From an uncultured Candidatus Rokubacteria bacterium (GTDB taxonomy: Bacteria; Methylomirabilota; Methylomirabilia; Rokubacteriales; DASRDR01): 64,000 nucleotides of DNA. How positions within the stretch are numbered: position 1 is the first letter of the stretch; every line of letters starts with the position of its first letter. The position numbers and the translations under genes are program-made. Positions 43,467 through 54,286 of this stretch are shown piece by piece. Location of the stretch: positions 96,001 to 160,000 of the forward strand of contig CAWDVE010000017.1 in NCBI GenBank assembly GCA_963805625.1, read 5' to 3'. Under the pieces are notes generated by a model. The model was not told where the DNA came from. It did not search any database and saw only the letters and a list, made by a program, of their open reading frames with translations.

Positions 43467-44385
43467 GCGCGGCGGCTCCCGCCCGCGTCTGGCCGGCGGC
43501 GGCCGGCTGCCGGTTGACGAGGTAGATTCCCAGTGCCACGCACGCCATGGCGAGGACGAGCGCTGGTGTCACCGGCTCGCTCAGCAGGAGCCAGCCGGCA
43601 ACGAGCCCGAAGAGGGGCGTCCAGAACGTGTATGCGTGGAGAGCCGAGGCCGGGTAGCGGGTGAGCATCCAGAACCAGACGAGGTAGCTCACGAAGGCGA
43701 CCGCGACGATCTGGTAGAGCACCGCGAACACGACCGGCCCGGTGAGCCGCGTCACGCCCGCCTCGCCGCTCGCCACCGCGAGCGCGCCGAGGAGCATCGC
43801 CGAGCCTCCGAGCTGGTAGAACAGCGTCTGGTGCGGGCTGGTGGCCTGACCTCGCGCCTTGATGATGAGGGTCGTCGCCGCCCAGAGGAAGGCCCCCGCC
43901 AGCTCGAGGACGTCCCCCAGGACCTCGCGGTGCGTCGGCAGCCGCAGTCCATCGGCAAACGCGAGCGAGAGCCCGGCGAACGCCGCGATCAGTCCGGCGA
44001 TCTTCGTCCCGTGCAGGCGCTCCGCGGGGAAGAGCCAGTGGGCGCCGAGGGTGACGAAGAACGGCGTCGCATAGATGAACAGCACCCCGCGGGCGGCCGT
44101 CGTGAACATGAAGCCCCAGTAGACGCAGACGAACTCGAGCGCGAAGAGGATCGCGATGATCGCGCCGTAGGCGCCTGCCCCGTTGCGGCGGCTCAGTGGG
44201 ATCCCGCGCCACGCCGACCAGCCCCACACGAGGAGGGCGGCGCCGGCGGAGCGGATCGTCGCGTGATAGAGGGGCGAGATGCCCTGGTTGCCCACCTTGA
44301 TCGCCACCTGGCCGGCCCCCCAGACCGCGCACAGGACGACCAGCAGCGCGGCGGCCGCGGGGTCGATCGCGGAGCGCTGGCTCAC
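43351..44385 (-). CDS. DMT/EamA-family transporter
   Basis: About 10 TM helices, WG..Q..IK, PFFV..GAH....ERL, L.EP.T. Confidence 0.9.
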   Translation of the reverse strand: MSQRSAIDPAAAALLVVLCAVWGAGQVAIKVGNQGISPLYHATIRSAGAALLVWGWSAWRGIPLSRRNGAGAYGAIIAILFALEFVCVYWGFMFTTAARGVLFIYATPFFVTLGAHWLFPAERLHGTKIAGLIAAFAGLSLAFADGLRLPTHREVLGDVLELAGAFLWAATTLIIKARGQATSPHQTLFYQLGGSAMLLGALAVASGEAGVTRLTGPVVFAVLYQIVAVAFVSYLVWFWMLTRYPASALHAYTFWTPLFGLVAGWLLLSEPVTPALVLAMACVALGIYLVNRQPAAAGQTRAGAAAPRAGVAGPGGRTGEGSPRSAAASGSAPCRPGPRARGIR

Positions 44386-44391
44386 GCGCGA

Positions 44392-44976
44392 TCAGGTCTC
44401 GGTCGCGTCGAGCCAGACGGGCGGCGCGACCGGCGGCCGCCACGCCGCGAAGCGGTGCAGGAGCGCGTCGGGTCCGGGCTCGACCAGGAGGCGCGCCGCG
44501 TACTCGGGCCGGACGAAGCCCTCACCGACGGCGTGTCGGAGGAGGGCGAGGAGTCCGCCCCAGTAGCCCCCGACATCGACCAGCCCCACCGGCTTCCGGT
44601 GGATGCCGAGCTGGGCCCACGTGAGGATCTCGAGGATCTCCTCGAGTGTGCCGAGGCCGCCCGGCAGTGCCACGAAGCCGTCGGCGAGCGAGGCCATGAG
44701 CGCCTTGCGCTCGTGCATCGAGCCCACCAGGTGGAGTTCGGTGAGGCCGTCGTGCGCGAGCTCCTTCCGCGCGAGGCCCTTCGGCAGCACGCCGATCACC
44801 TCGCCACCCCCGGCGAGGACGGCGTCCGCGATGGTTCCCATCAGCCCGACCGACCCGCCGCCGTAGACGAGGCCGAGCCCCCGGTCGAGGAGCGCCACGG
44901 CCAGCGCGCGCGCCGCGTCGGCGTAAACGGTCTGCCGGCCGATCGCCGACCCGCAGAAAACGCAGAGACGCTTCAC
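44392..44976 (-). CDS. LOG-family nucleotide phosphoribohydrolase (TIGR00730-like)
   Basis: CVFCGS, LVYGGG.VGLMG, MHERK, PGG.GTLEE. Confidence 0.94.
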   Translation of the reverse strand: MKRLCVFCGSAIGRQTVYADAARALAVALLDRGLGLVYGGGSVGLMGTIADAVLAGGGEVIGVLPKGLARKELAHDGLTELHLVGSMHERKALMASLADGFVALPGGLGTLEEILEILTWAQLGIHRKPVGLVDVGGYWGGLLALLRHAVGEGFVRPEYAARLLVEPGPDALLHRFAAWRPPVAPPVWLDATET

Positions 44977-45119
44977 TCGCGCCGGCCTTCCGCTTCGAGC
45001 GCGGCCTCGAGATGGGACACGAAGCCGGGCACGAAGACCACGTCGAGCGGACCCGCGCCCGTCACCTGGTAGGCGATGTGGACGTTGCCGCTCTTCGCGT
45101 AGCGTGTGACTGGTCGCAT
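44973..45119 (-). pseudogene. 48-aa N-terminal remnant of an alpha/beta hydrolase
   Basis: TRYAKSG.VHIAYQV.G.GP.D.VFVPGFVSHL then stop; no catalytic motifs. Confidence 0.7.
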
Positions 45120-45195
45120 GCCGGCGTCTCGCTGGTGTCTCAGTCTCCCGCGCCGGCCGGGGCCGCCGCAAGGGGCCCGCGCGGCGGCCCCGAAG

Positions 45196-46371
45196 TCAGG
45201 CAGGCTGAGCCAGCTCGAGGACCAGATCGACGAGCCGCTCCGCCGCATCGGGCATGGCGAGGGCGCGGGCGTGCGCGGCCATCGTCCGGAGCCGCCCCGG
45301 ATCCGCGAGCAGATGGCTCACCTCGCGGACGAGGCGCTCCGGCGTGAGCTCCGTCTCCGGCAGGAGGACCGCGGCACCCGCGTCGGCGAGGACCCGCGCG
45401 TTCGCCGTCTGCTCGTCGCCACGGGCGCCGGGGAGGGGGACGAGGATCGCGGGCAGCCCCAGCGCCGCGAGCTCGGTCACGGTGCCGGCGCCGGCGCGGC
45501 CCACGACGAGGCTCGCGGCGGCATAGAGATCCGCGAGCTCCTCGCCGACGAGCGCCAGTACCTGGTATCGCGCGGCAAGCGGCGGCGGCAGCCGCGAGGC
45601 CTCGCCCCGCAGCCACGCGAGGTCTCCGTACACGTTGTCGCCCGCTTGGTGGACGAGCTGGGTGAGCTCGAGCAGCGGCGGGAGCGCCGCCCCGACGATG
45701 CGGTTCACGCGGTGGGCGCCGAGCGCGCCGCCCGTGACGTATGTGAGCGGAAGGGCGGGATCGAGGCCAAAGCGCGCGAACGCGCGGTCCCGCCGGCCCG
45801 TGTGGAGCTCGGGGCGGATGGGGTTGCCGGTGACCACGACCTTTCCACCAGGGAACGCGGAGGCCGATGCGGCGAAGGTCACCGCGACCTTGTCCGCGAG
45901 CCGGCCGATCAGCCGGTTCGCCAGCCCGGGTACGACGACCTGCTCGTGGACGAGGAGCGGACGGCGTCGCGCGGCGGCGGCCACCGCGGTGGGGACCGCG
46001 ACGAACCCGCCCGTCGCGACAACCACGTCGGGGCGGAGCCGCCCGAGGAGCGCGAGTGCGCGGCCGAAGCCCGCCGGCACCCGGAGCGTCAGGTCCGTGA
46101 CGTTGCGCCACGCGAGCTGACGGCGGAGCTTGCCGGTCGGGATCGCGTGATATGGAATGCCGGCCGCCGGCACCCACGTCGCCTCGATGCCCGATTGGCT
46201 TCCGATCCAGGCGAGCTGGACGCGGTCGCCCAGTCGGGCCCGGAGCGCCTTGGCGAGGGCCAGGCCTGCGGCCGTGTGGCCTCCGGTCCCGCCTCCAGCG
46301 AGGACGACCGTTACGGGCCGCCGCGAGAGGCGCGCCCCGTCGCCACGGCCGGGAGCGCTAGGCTCCTCCAC
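45196..46371 (-). CDS. murG: Lipid II GlcNAc transferase MurG
   Basis: GGGTGGH, GKLRR, TGGFV, HEQ, TGNPIR, RAGAGT..EL, EQ..NA; start uncertain. Confidence 0.92.
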   Translation of the reverse strand: MEEPSAPGRGDGARLSRRPVTVVLAGGGTGGHTAAGLALAKALRARLGDRVQLAWIGSQSGIEATWVPAAGIPYHAIPTGKLRRQLAWRNVTDLTLRVPAGFGRALALLGRLRPDVVVATGGFVAVPTAVAAAARRRPLLVHEQVVVPGLANRLIGRLADKVAVTFAASASAFPGGKVVVTGNPIRPELHTGRRDRAFARFGLDPALPLTYVTGGALGAHRVNRIVGAALPPLLELTQLVHQAGDNVYGDLAWLRGEASRLPPPLAARYQVLALVGEELADLYAAASLVVGRAGAGTVTELAALGLPAILVPLPGARGDEQTANARVLADAGAAVLLPETELTPERLVREVSHLLADPGRLRTMAAHARALAMPDAAERLVDLVLELAQPA

Positions 46372-47554
46372 CCGGCTCGGTCCCCGATGGCGCTGGGGTG
46401 GCAAGCCGCCGCTTGCGGGCGTGGCGCTCGAGGGCGAGCGCGATCAGGCGGTCGACGAGCGCGGGGTAGGGGAGGCCGCTCGCCTCCCAGAGCCGCGGGT
46501 AGGCCGAGAAGCGGGTGAACCCCGGGATCGTGTTGATCTCGTTCACCCAGATGCGGTCGTCGGTGTCGAGGAAGAAGTCCACGCGCGAGAGCCCCGCCGC
46601 GTCGATCGCTCGGAAGGCCGCGACCGCCAGGCGGCGGAACTCCTCGGTCAGACCCGGGGACAAGGGGGCCGGGATGAGGAGCTTCGCGATCCCGTCGGTG
46701 TACTTGGCCTCGTAGTCGTACCACTCGCGGCCGGGCAGGACCTCTCCGGGAACCGAGGCCTCCGGCTCGTCGTTGCCGAGCACGCTCACCTCGATCTCCC
46801 GTCCCACCACGCCGCGCTCGATCAGGATCTTCCGGTCGTGAGCGAAGGCGGTCGCCACGGCGGCTTCGAGGGCGCGCTCCGCCGTCACCTTCGAGATGCC
46901 CACGCTCGAGCCGAGGTTGGCGGGCTTGACGAAGCAGGGATAGCCGAGCTCGTCGGCGACGCGCCGTCGCCAGGCGCCCGGCGCCCCACTCCACTCGTGG
47001 TCACGCACGACGAGGTACGGGACGACCGGGAGGTCGTGCGCCCGGAACACGGCTTTCATCGCCGCCTTGTCCATCCCGACCGCCGAGGCCAGGACGCCGG
47101 CGCCCACGTAGGGGACGTCGGCCAGCTCGAGGAGACCCTGGAGCGTGCCGTCCTCGCCGTACGGCCCGTGGACGAGGGGGAACATGACGTCCAGGCTTGC
47201 TGCCGTTCCAGCGGGCAGCCCGCCGGCCGTGGCCACGCGAGCGAGCGCCTGGCCGGATCCCGGGGTCGCCCACGGGACGCCCGGCGGCAGAGCGAGCGGT
47301 ACGCCGGCCGCCTCCGCCAGCGCCCGGAGCGGGTCACCTCCGACCAACCACTGGCCGTCGCGGGTGATGCCCATCGGGATCACGTCGTAGCGCGCCGGGT
47401 CGATCGCCGCCAGCACCGAGGCGGCGGAGGCGAGCGAGACCTCGTGCTCCCCGGAGCGGCCGCCGAAGATCACCCCGACCCGGACTTTTCGGGACTCTGG
47501 TCGGGGCTCGGGCCGGGACCCGGGTTCGCGGATGGGTTCAGTGGATCGCGTCAC
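46358..47554 (-). CDS. ddl: D-alanine--D-alanine ligase
   Basis: [42 protein letters not shown]. Confidence 0.96.
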   Translation of the reverse strand: MTRSTEPIREPGSRPEPRPESRKVRVGVIFGGRSGEHEVSLASAASVLAAIDPARYDVIPMGITRDGQWLVGGDPLRALAEAAGVPLALPPGVPWATPGSGQALARVATAGGLPAGTAASLDVMFPLVHGPYGEDGTLQGLLELADVPYVGAGVLASAVGMDKAAMKAVFRAHDLPVVPYLVVRDHEWSGAPGAWRRRVADELGYPCFVKPANLGSSVGISKVTAERALEAAVATAFAHDRKILIERGVVGREIEVSVLGNDEPEASVPGEVLPGREWYDYEAKYTDGIAKLLIPAPLSPGLTEEFRRLAVAAFRAIDAAGLSRVDFFLDTDDRIWVNEINTIPGFTRFSAYPRLWEASGLPYPALVDRLIALALERHARKRRLATPAPSGTEPGGGA

Positions 47555-48909
47555 GGGGCCTCCTCGGCCTTCCGGCGGTGGAGCTCGGCGCGCCAGCGCT
47601 CGAGGCGCGCGCGGATCTCCTGCTCGAACCCGCGCGGCACGGGGTGATAGTAAGTGCGCCCGCGGAGGGCCTCCGGCAGGTGCTCCTGCAGGACGACGGC
47701 ATCCGGATCGTCGTGCGCGTACCGGTAGCCGGCGCCGTATCCGAGTCCCGTCATGAGCCCGGTCGGCGCGTTACGGAGATGGAGCGGGACCGGCTCGGTG
47801 GGCCGGGCGTGGACGTCCGCGCGCGCCTGGTCGAAGGCCGTGTAGACGGCGTTCGACTTCGGCGCGCAGGCGAGGTAGACGGCCGCCTCCGCGAGCGCCA
47901 GCTCCCCCTCCGGCGTTCCGAGGAAGTCGTACGCCGCCTTGGCCGCGAGCGTGATCTGGAGGGCCTGCGGGTCGGCCAGGCCGATGTCCTCGGACGCCAT
48001 CCGCACGAGCCGCCGCGCGAGGAAGAGCCGGTCCTCGCCTGCCTCGAGCATTCGCGCCAGCCAGTAGAGCGTCGCGTCGGGGTCCGAGTCGCGGACCGAT
48101 TTGTGGAGCGCGCTGATGAGGTTGTAGTGCTGCTCGCCGTCCTTGTCGTAGAGGAGCGCCTTGCGCTGCGCGGCCTCGCGGACCGACTCGGCCGTGAGGT
48201 GCGCCGCCGCGCCGCGCGAGCGCCGGTCCGCGGTCAGGAGCCGCGCCGCGACTTCGAGGATGTTCAGCGCGGTGCGGGCGTCGCCCTCCGAGAGCCCCAC
48301 GATCGCCGCCACGGCCTCCGGGTCGACCTCGAGGCCGAGGCGACCCAGGCCGCGGTCGGGGTCCGCCACCGCCCGGCGGACGATCGTCTCGAGCTCCGTC
48401 TCGGTCAGGCGCTCGAGCACGTACACGCGGCAGCGCGAGAGGAGCGCCGCGATGACCTCGAACGACGGGTTCTCGGTTGTCGCGCCGATGAGGGTCACGG
48501 TGCCCCGCTCCACGTGCGGCAGGAACGCGTCCTGCTGCGCCTTGTTGAAGCGGTGGATCTCGTCGACGAATAGGATCGTACGCTGGCCGCGGAGCGCGAG
48601 GCGCTCCGCGGCTTCGCCGACGAGGCTCCGGACCTCCTTGACCCCGGTGAGCACGGCGGAGAACGGGGTGAAGTGCGCCTTGGCGTGCGCCGCGAGGAGG
48701 GAGGCGAGCGTCGTCTTCCCAGTGCCAGGCGGTCCCCACAGGATCATCGAGTGGAGGTCCCCCGACTCGATGGCGGCGCGGAGGAGTCGCCCGGGCCCGA
48801 GGAGATGCGCCTGGCCGACGAAGTCATCGAGGCTTCGCGGCCGCATCCGCTCGGCGAGCGGTGCCGCTTCGCGCCGACTCTCGCGCGCCGCCTCCTCGAA
48901 CAGCTCCAC
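47551..48909 (-). CDS. rarA: Replication-associated recombination protein RarA/MgsA
   Basis: [49 protein letters not shown]. Confidence 0.96.
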   Translation of the reverse strand: MELFEEAARESRREAAPLAERMRPRSLDDFVGQAHLLGPGRLLRAAIESGDLHSMILWGPPGTGKTTLASLLAAHAKAHFTPFSAVLTGVKEVRSLVGEAAERLALRGQRTILFVDEIHRFNKAQQDAFLPHVERGTVTLIGATTENPSFEVIAALLSRCRVYVLERLTETELETIVRRAVADPDRGLGRLGLEVDPEAVAAIVGLSEGDARTALNILEVAARLLTADRRSRGAAAHLTAESVREAAQRKALLYDKDGEQHYNLISALHKSVRDSDPDATLYWLARMLEAGEDRLFLARRLVRMASEDIGLADPQALQITLAAKAAYDFLGTPEGELALAEAAVYLACAPKSNAVYTAFDQARADVHARPTEPVPLHLRNAPTGLMTGLGYGAGYRYAHDDPDAVVLQEHLPEALRGRTYYHPVPRGFEQEIRARLERWRAELHRRKAEEAP

Positions 48910-49078
48910 GCCGCCCGCTCCCTGGCCTCCCGGCCCGGCGTCCGCCGGCGCGGATCCCGCACGGCCGCCCGTCGAGCGGAGCGCATGCCGCGCGCCCGTC
49001 TCGCTCAGGGTCAGGATGCCACAGACGCCGAGAGTGACAAAACGATCGGCACGCCGCGATACGGTCTCGAAGGAATGG

Positions 49079-49711
49079 CTACCAGGCGGCCGTGCGGAGC
49101 CACTCCGGCAGATGGCGCAGATCGCGCAGCACCGTGCGCGGCGCCACGCCCCGGCGGGCGAGCTCGACGGGATCGGCGCCGTAGGCGATGAAGGCCGCAC
49201 CGCCGGCCTGCGCCGCTGCGCCGTCCACCCACGAGTCGCCGACCACCCAGATGCGCCGCTCGGGGAACGCCGCCTCGAGCAGCCGGAGCCCCGACGGGTC
49301 GGGTTTGAGCGCTGCCTCGTCCCGCGTGATGAGGATCGGGAAGAACCCGTCGAGACCGCAGCTCGCGAGGGCCCGCCGCGCGACCGTCCCCGTGTTGTTG
49401 GTCCACACCGCGAGGGGATAGCCGGCCGCTCGAAGCGCGGTGAGCGCCTCGTGCACGCCCGGCTCGGGCTGGGCGTCGCGGACCGCCTCCTCCTCGTGTG
49501 TTGTGCAGAGTGCCCAACATGCCTTGCCGAGCGCCGTCCGGTGGAGGGTGGCCGCCTCGATGATCTGGCCGATCGTCCACGCGCGGGTGGCCTCGCCGAG
49601 GGGCACCCCATCCGTCTCCACGAGGGCGCGGATCTCGACCTTCAGCCGGACCAGATCGAGCGGCGAGCGCACCAGGGTGTGGTCGAGGTCGAAGGCGCAG
49701 AGCGGGCGCAT
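49079..49711 (-). CDS. HAD-family hydrolase
   Basis: FDLDHTL, WTNN, KPDP, VGDS..D; TATACT 7 nt before ATG. Confidence 0.88.
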   Translation of the reverse strand: MRPLCAFDLDHTLVRSPLDLVRLKVEIRALVETDGVPLGEATRAWTIGQIIEAATLHRTALGKACWALCTTHEEEAVRDAQPEPGVHEALTALRAAGYPLAVWTNNTGTVARRALASCGLDGFFPILITRDEAALKPDPSGLRLLEAAFPERRIWVVGDSWVDGAAAQAGGAAFIAYGADPVELARRGVAPRTVLRDLRHLPEWLRTAAW

Positions 49712-49780
49712 GGAAGGCAGTATACCGCCGGCCGCACGTCGCATTCGGAGAACCCGGCCAACTTCTGGTAGGGTAGCCTT

Positions 49781-51213
49781 ATGCGACGGCGGCGACGCCT
49801 CGCGCCCGTTCTGGCCCGCGTCGCCCTCGCCGGGCTCGCCGTCCTGGCCATTCCGGCCCCGGGCGCCGCTGCCCGGTCAGAGGCGGACCGTCTCTGGCTG
49901 GTGGGCGCGGGGGCATTCGAGGACGGGCTCTACGAGACGGCGTACCGCGAGCTCGGGCGCTTCGTCCAGGTTGCGCCCTCGGACCGGCGCCGCGGGGATG
50001 CGGCCCTGCTGCGCGGCAAGGCGGCGTTCTCGATGGAGCGGTACGCCGAGGCGCTGACCGAGTTCGACGCGGCCGAGACTTTCCCCTGGCCGCCGCGACC
50101 CCGGGCGAGCCGATCTTCTGGCAGGGGGAGGCGTTGTTCCGTTTGCGCCGGCTGGAGGAGGCGCGGGACCGCTACGTGCGCTTCCTCGCGCTCAAGCCTG
50201 CGTCGCCCTACGTGCCGGAGGCCCTCTACGCGCGTGGTCTGGCCGAGCTCGAGACGGGGCGCGCCGACGGCGCCATCGACACGTTCCGGGATTTCCTCCG
50301 CGACTACCCCAACCACGCCCGTGCGCCGATGGCCGCGTACAACGCGGCCCGCGAGCTGATCCGGGCCAAGCGCTGGGAGGATGCCCTCGCCATTCTCGGC
50401 TCGTACGCGACCCGGTATCCGGGGAGCCCCTACCTGGTGGAGACGCGTTATCTCCTCGGCGTCGCCCAGCTCGAGATGGGTCGTCCGGAGGGAGTGCGAG
50501 CGCTCGAGCAGTTCATCTCCAAGGCTCCGGCGAGCGACCTCGTTCCCACGGCACGTGTCCTCATCGCCGAGGCCCAGGCGAAGGCCGGACGGCCCCGCGA
50601 AGCCCTCGAGCAGTACCAGGCCCTGGTCCGGGCGACGCCGACCCACGCGCTCGCCCCCCAAGCGCTCTACCGGATCGGTGAGCTCTCGCTCCGGTTGAAC
50701 CGGCCCACGGATGCGGAGGCCGCCTGGACCACGCTCCGGCGCGACTTCCCGCAGAACGCGCTGATCGGGCCGTCGGGGCTCGCGACTGCACGACTGCACG
50801 AGCAGCGGAAGCAATGGGAGCCAGCCCTCCAGGTCGCCCAGTCCGTCGCCGACCTCAAGGGCGAGGAGCGCTCCGCGGCCCTCCTCGTTGTCGGGCAGAG
50901 CGCATTGCAGCTTCGCCGGAACGCGGAGGCCGCGCAGGCCTATCACACCGTGGTCGTGGAGGCGCCTCCGGCCTCCAAGCGGTACTTCGAGGGGCTGGCG
51001 GGCCTCGCCGTCGCGCTCGAGGCCGCGACCGACAGGGAAGGCGCCAGGCGCGCGTACCGGGAGATCGTCGACACCAGCCAGGATCCGGAGCTCGTGCGCT
51101 GGGCGAAGGGGCACCTCGCCGCGTTTGACGCCCCGGCCCCACCTTCGCGGGAGGCCCCACGTCCCAAGTCCAAGCCCAAGCCCAAGGCCCCCGCGGGGTC
51201 AGGAGGGGGCTGA
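49781..51213 (+). CDS. Exported TPR protein (CpoB/BamD-like repeats) interrupted by a -1 frameshift at about 50084
   Basis: Signal peptide plus TPR helices in one frame to ETFP; repeats continue as LAAATPGEPIFWQGEALF in the -1 frame (track ORF 50134..51213). Confidence 0.78.
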
Positions 51214-51214
51214 G

Positions 51215-54200
51215 ATGAGAGGCCCGACACGCGTCCTCGCCGTCACGATCCTGGGGCTCCTGGTGGCGCCCGCCGCCGCGGCCCCGCCGCGCCCGGTGGA
51301 GTTCCCGCCGCCAGCGCTGACGGTGACGATCTCTCCGGTCCCGCCCGGGCTCGAACGGCCGCGCCTGGCCCCCCCGCCGGCGCCACCGGTTCCGGCCCCG
51401 GCGCTCGAGCTCGGCCGCGCCCCGGCTCCGCGCTTCATCTCGACGGTCAGCAAGCCTCTCCCGACGCCCGCGGATCCGGGTGGGTTCGCCTGCGCGTTTG
51501 TCGCGTTCCGGCGGGCCGTGGCGCTGGCGGACTGCGGCGTGGCCCGGGTGGCCTCGGGCAACTACCGGGAGGCGCGCGAGTCCTTCGAGGAGAGCCTCGC
51601 CGTCGATCCGCGCGGCGCCCAGGCGCCGGCAGTGTACGTCTGGCTCGGGGAGCTCGCCCTGCTCGAGGCGACCACGCCGACCTCGCCGGCCGCGAGCCGC
51701 GCCGAGCGTGCCTACCGCGCCGCGCTGCCCCTCGTCCCGCCGCCGCCGCTCGGGATGCACGCCGAGGTCGGGCTCGGGCTCCTGGCCCTCCGGCGGGGCG
51801 ATGCCGCCGAGGCGGAGGCTGCCCTCGAGCGTGGGCTCCGGGCCGTCCCTCCCCAGGCGGTTGCGCTCGTCGCGCGTTACCTGCTCGGCGTGGCGCGGCT
51901 CCTGCAGGACCGCCCCGCCGAGGCCATTGCGCTCTGGGACGAGGTGGTCCAGAGCGGCGCGTCCGGGGCCATCCTCGCGGAGATCCCGTTCTGGCGCGGG
52001 GTCGCGCTGGTCCGCCAGGGCGACTTGGACGGCGGCCTCGAGCTCCTGAACCGATTCATCGTCACGACGCCGGTCACCCACCCCCTCCGGGGCGACGCGC
52101 TCGTGCAGGCGGGCTGGATCGCGCTCGAGCGCAACGCGGCGGATCAGGCCGTCAAGCGCTTCCTCGAGGCCGAAGCCGCCGGGCCCCGGCCCGAGCTCCG
52201 GCCCCAGATCCGGGCAGGTCTCGTCCGCGCGTACCTGGCGCTCGGCGACACCGGCCGGGCGGCGGCGGCCGCGCGCCAGCTGAAGGCCGAGTCGGCGCGG
52301 GATCCGCTGGTTCCGGCGGCGCTCCTCCTCATCGCGGACGCCGCGAAGGCCCGGGGCGCCCAGGGCGAGGCGACCGACATCTATCGCGAGATCCTGCTCC
52401 TCCCGCTGCCGCCCGCGACCCAGGACTACGTGCGGTACCGTCTCGGCGAGCAGCTCGAGCAGGAGGGGCGGCTCCTCGAGGCCAAGGATCACTACCGGGA
52501 GCTCCGGGACAAGGGGCGTGACGAGGAGGTGGCCCAGCGGGCGACGTACCGGCTCGGGCTGGTCGCGCTCCGCGAGAACGACACGGCGGCGGCGCGCCGC
52601 GAGGGCGAGGCGCTCCTGCGCGCGGGGATCCTGCCGGAGCTGCGGGAAGGCGCCCTCCTGCTGGTCGCCGAGAGCGCCGCGCGGGGGGATGACCCGAACC
52701 GCGCCGCCGCCGTGCTGCGCACGGCCCTCCGCGATTACCCGGACTCGCCGAGGGCCGCCCGCACGCGTCTGGCGCTCGGGTGGGCCCTTCTCCGGGACGG
52801 CGACGCCGAGGGCGCGATCCGCGAGTGGCGCGACGTCGCGACGAAGGCGGATCTCGAGACCCGGGCGCTCGCGCTCCTCGCCGTCGCCGACGTCGCGCTC
52901 CGGCAGGGGCGGGAGGCCGAGGCGCTCGAGGCGCTCCGGGGCGTGACCGAGCCGCCTCCGGGTCTCCGGAACGCCGAGGCCGTGATGCTCAGTCGAGGCA
53001 TCCTCGCGCTCCGGACGGGCGCCTACCCCGATGCCGTCCAGGCGCTCGAGCCGCTCGCGCCCCGGATCGCGGATCTTCCGACGCAGGCCCTCGCTCGCCG
53101 CGCCCTCGGGATCGCCCAGTACGAGCTGGGGCACTACGACCAAGCCGAGCGGCAGTTCCGCATCGCGGCCAGCGTGACGCCCCAGGAGCCGTCGAACTGG
53201 CTCGGCGCGGGTCTGGCGGCGCTCGCCCAGAACCGCCTCGTCGAAGCGGAGGACGCGCTCGGACGCGCGCGCTACGCCGCCGTCGACGTGGCGATGTCGG
53301 CCTGGTACGGCCTCGTCCTCGTGTCCGTGCAGCGCGGGGACCGGGACGCGTTCCGCGAGCGTGGGACCAACTTCGTCGACCGGTTCCCGCGGCATCCCGC
53401 ATCGCCGGCGATCCTCTACGGACTTGCCGTCGCCGCGCTGGACCGGAACGATCTCGGTGGAGCGCAGACGTGGACCCAGCGGCTCCTCCGGGAGCACGCG
53501 GCGAGCGACTATGGCACCGACGCCCTGGTGCGCCTGGCGGCGGCCGCGGGGACGCGGGCGGACGTCGCCCGTCAGGCGTATCGCGACCTACTGACCCGGC
53601 CCGCGCCGGCGGACGTCCGAGCGGAGGCGTGGTTTGGCCTGGCCGAGACGGCTCTCGCCGCGGGTGACGGCGCGGAGGCGCAGCGGGCGGCCGGGGGATT
53701 TCTCCGTGACGTGCCCGAGGGCGATCCCCGCGCGGTGCGAGCGCACCTCATCCTGGTGCGGGCCCTCCAGGCACAGCACCAGCCGGATCGGGCGCTTGCC
53801 GCGATGGACGGCTTCCTTCGCCAGTTCCCCCGGGACGCGGCTACGCCGGCGCTCGAGCTGAGCCGGGGCCAGCTGCTCGCCGGGGCGCAGCGCTGGGCCG
53901 CGGCCCAGCAGGCGTTCGAGGCCGCCCGGCGGGCGGACGATCCGGCCGTGGCCGCGGAGGCGGAATTCAGGCTCGGCGAGGCGCTGCGAGCGCGCGGCGA
54001 CTTCGAGGGGGCGATCGGCGCCTACCTGAGCGCCACGTATGCTTACGGGGAACAGCCGGTGTGGGCGGCGCAGGGACTCCAGGGCGCGGCGCAGGCCTAC
54101 GTCGCCCGCCAGATGCCGCGCGAGGCGGCCATCGTTCTCCGGAAGCTTGCCGTGCGGCCCGGCGTCGATCCCGCGCTCGTCCAGTGGGCGCGCGACTCGC

Positions 54201-54274
54201 TCGGGCGTCTTGGACCGGCCGCGAACCCGAGCCCCGCGGCCCCGGGCGGCGCGGGGCTGGCCCCAAAGCCCTGA
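51215..54274 (+). CDS. Large exported TPR-repeat protein
   Basis: Signal peptide, Pro-rich linker, many TPR-like helical repeats; AGGAGG SD. Confidence 0.85.
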   Translation: MRGPTRVLAVTILGLLVAPAAAAPPRPVEFPPPALTVTISPVPPGLERPRLAPPPAPPVPAPALELGRAPAPRFISTVSKPLPTPADPGGFACAFVAFRRAVALADCGVARVASGNYREARESFEESLAVDPRGAQAPAVYVWLGELALLEATTPTSPAASRAERAYRAALPLVPPPPLGMHAEVGLGLLALRRGDAAEAEAALERGLRAVPPQAVALVARYLLGVARLLQDRPAEAIALWDEVVQSGASGAILAEIPFWRGVALVRQGDLDGGLELLNRFIVTTPVTHPLRGDALVQAGWIALERNAADQAVKRFLEAEAAGPRPELRPQIRAGLVRAYLALGDTGRAAAAARQLKAESARDPLVPAALLLIADAAKARGAQGEATDIYREILLLPLPPATQDYVRYRLGEQLEQEGRLLEAKDHYRELRDKGRDEEVAQRATYRLGLVALRENDTAAARREGEALLRAGILPELREGALLLVAESAARGDDPNRAAAVLRTALRDYPDSPRAARTRLALGWALLRDGDAEGAIREWRDVATKADLETRALALLAVADVALRQGREAEALEALRGVTEPPPGLRNAEAVMLSRGILALRTGAYPDAVQALEPLAPRIADLPTQALARRALGIAQYELGHYDQAERQFRIAASVTPQEPSNWLGAGLAALAQNRLVEAEDALGRARYAAVDVAMSAWYGLVLVSVQRGDRDAFRERGTNFVDRFPRHPASPAILYGLAVAALDRNDLGGAQTWTQRLLREHAASDYGTDALVRLAAAAGTRADVARQAYRDLLTRPAPADVRAEAWFGLAETALAAGDGAEAQRAAGGFLRDVPEGDPRAVRAHLILVRALQAQHQPDRALAAMDGFLRQFPRDAATPALELSRGQLLAGAQRWAAAQQAFEAARRADDPAVAAEAEFRLGEALRARGDFEGAIGAYLSATYAYGEQPVWAAQGLQGAAQAYVARQMPREAAIVLRKLAVRPGVDPALVQWARDSLGRLGPAANPSPAAPGGAGLAPKP

Positions 54275-54286
54275 CTGGCCCCTCCG

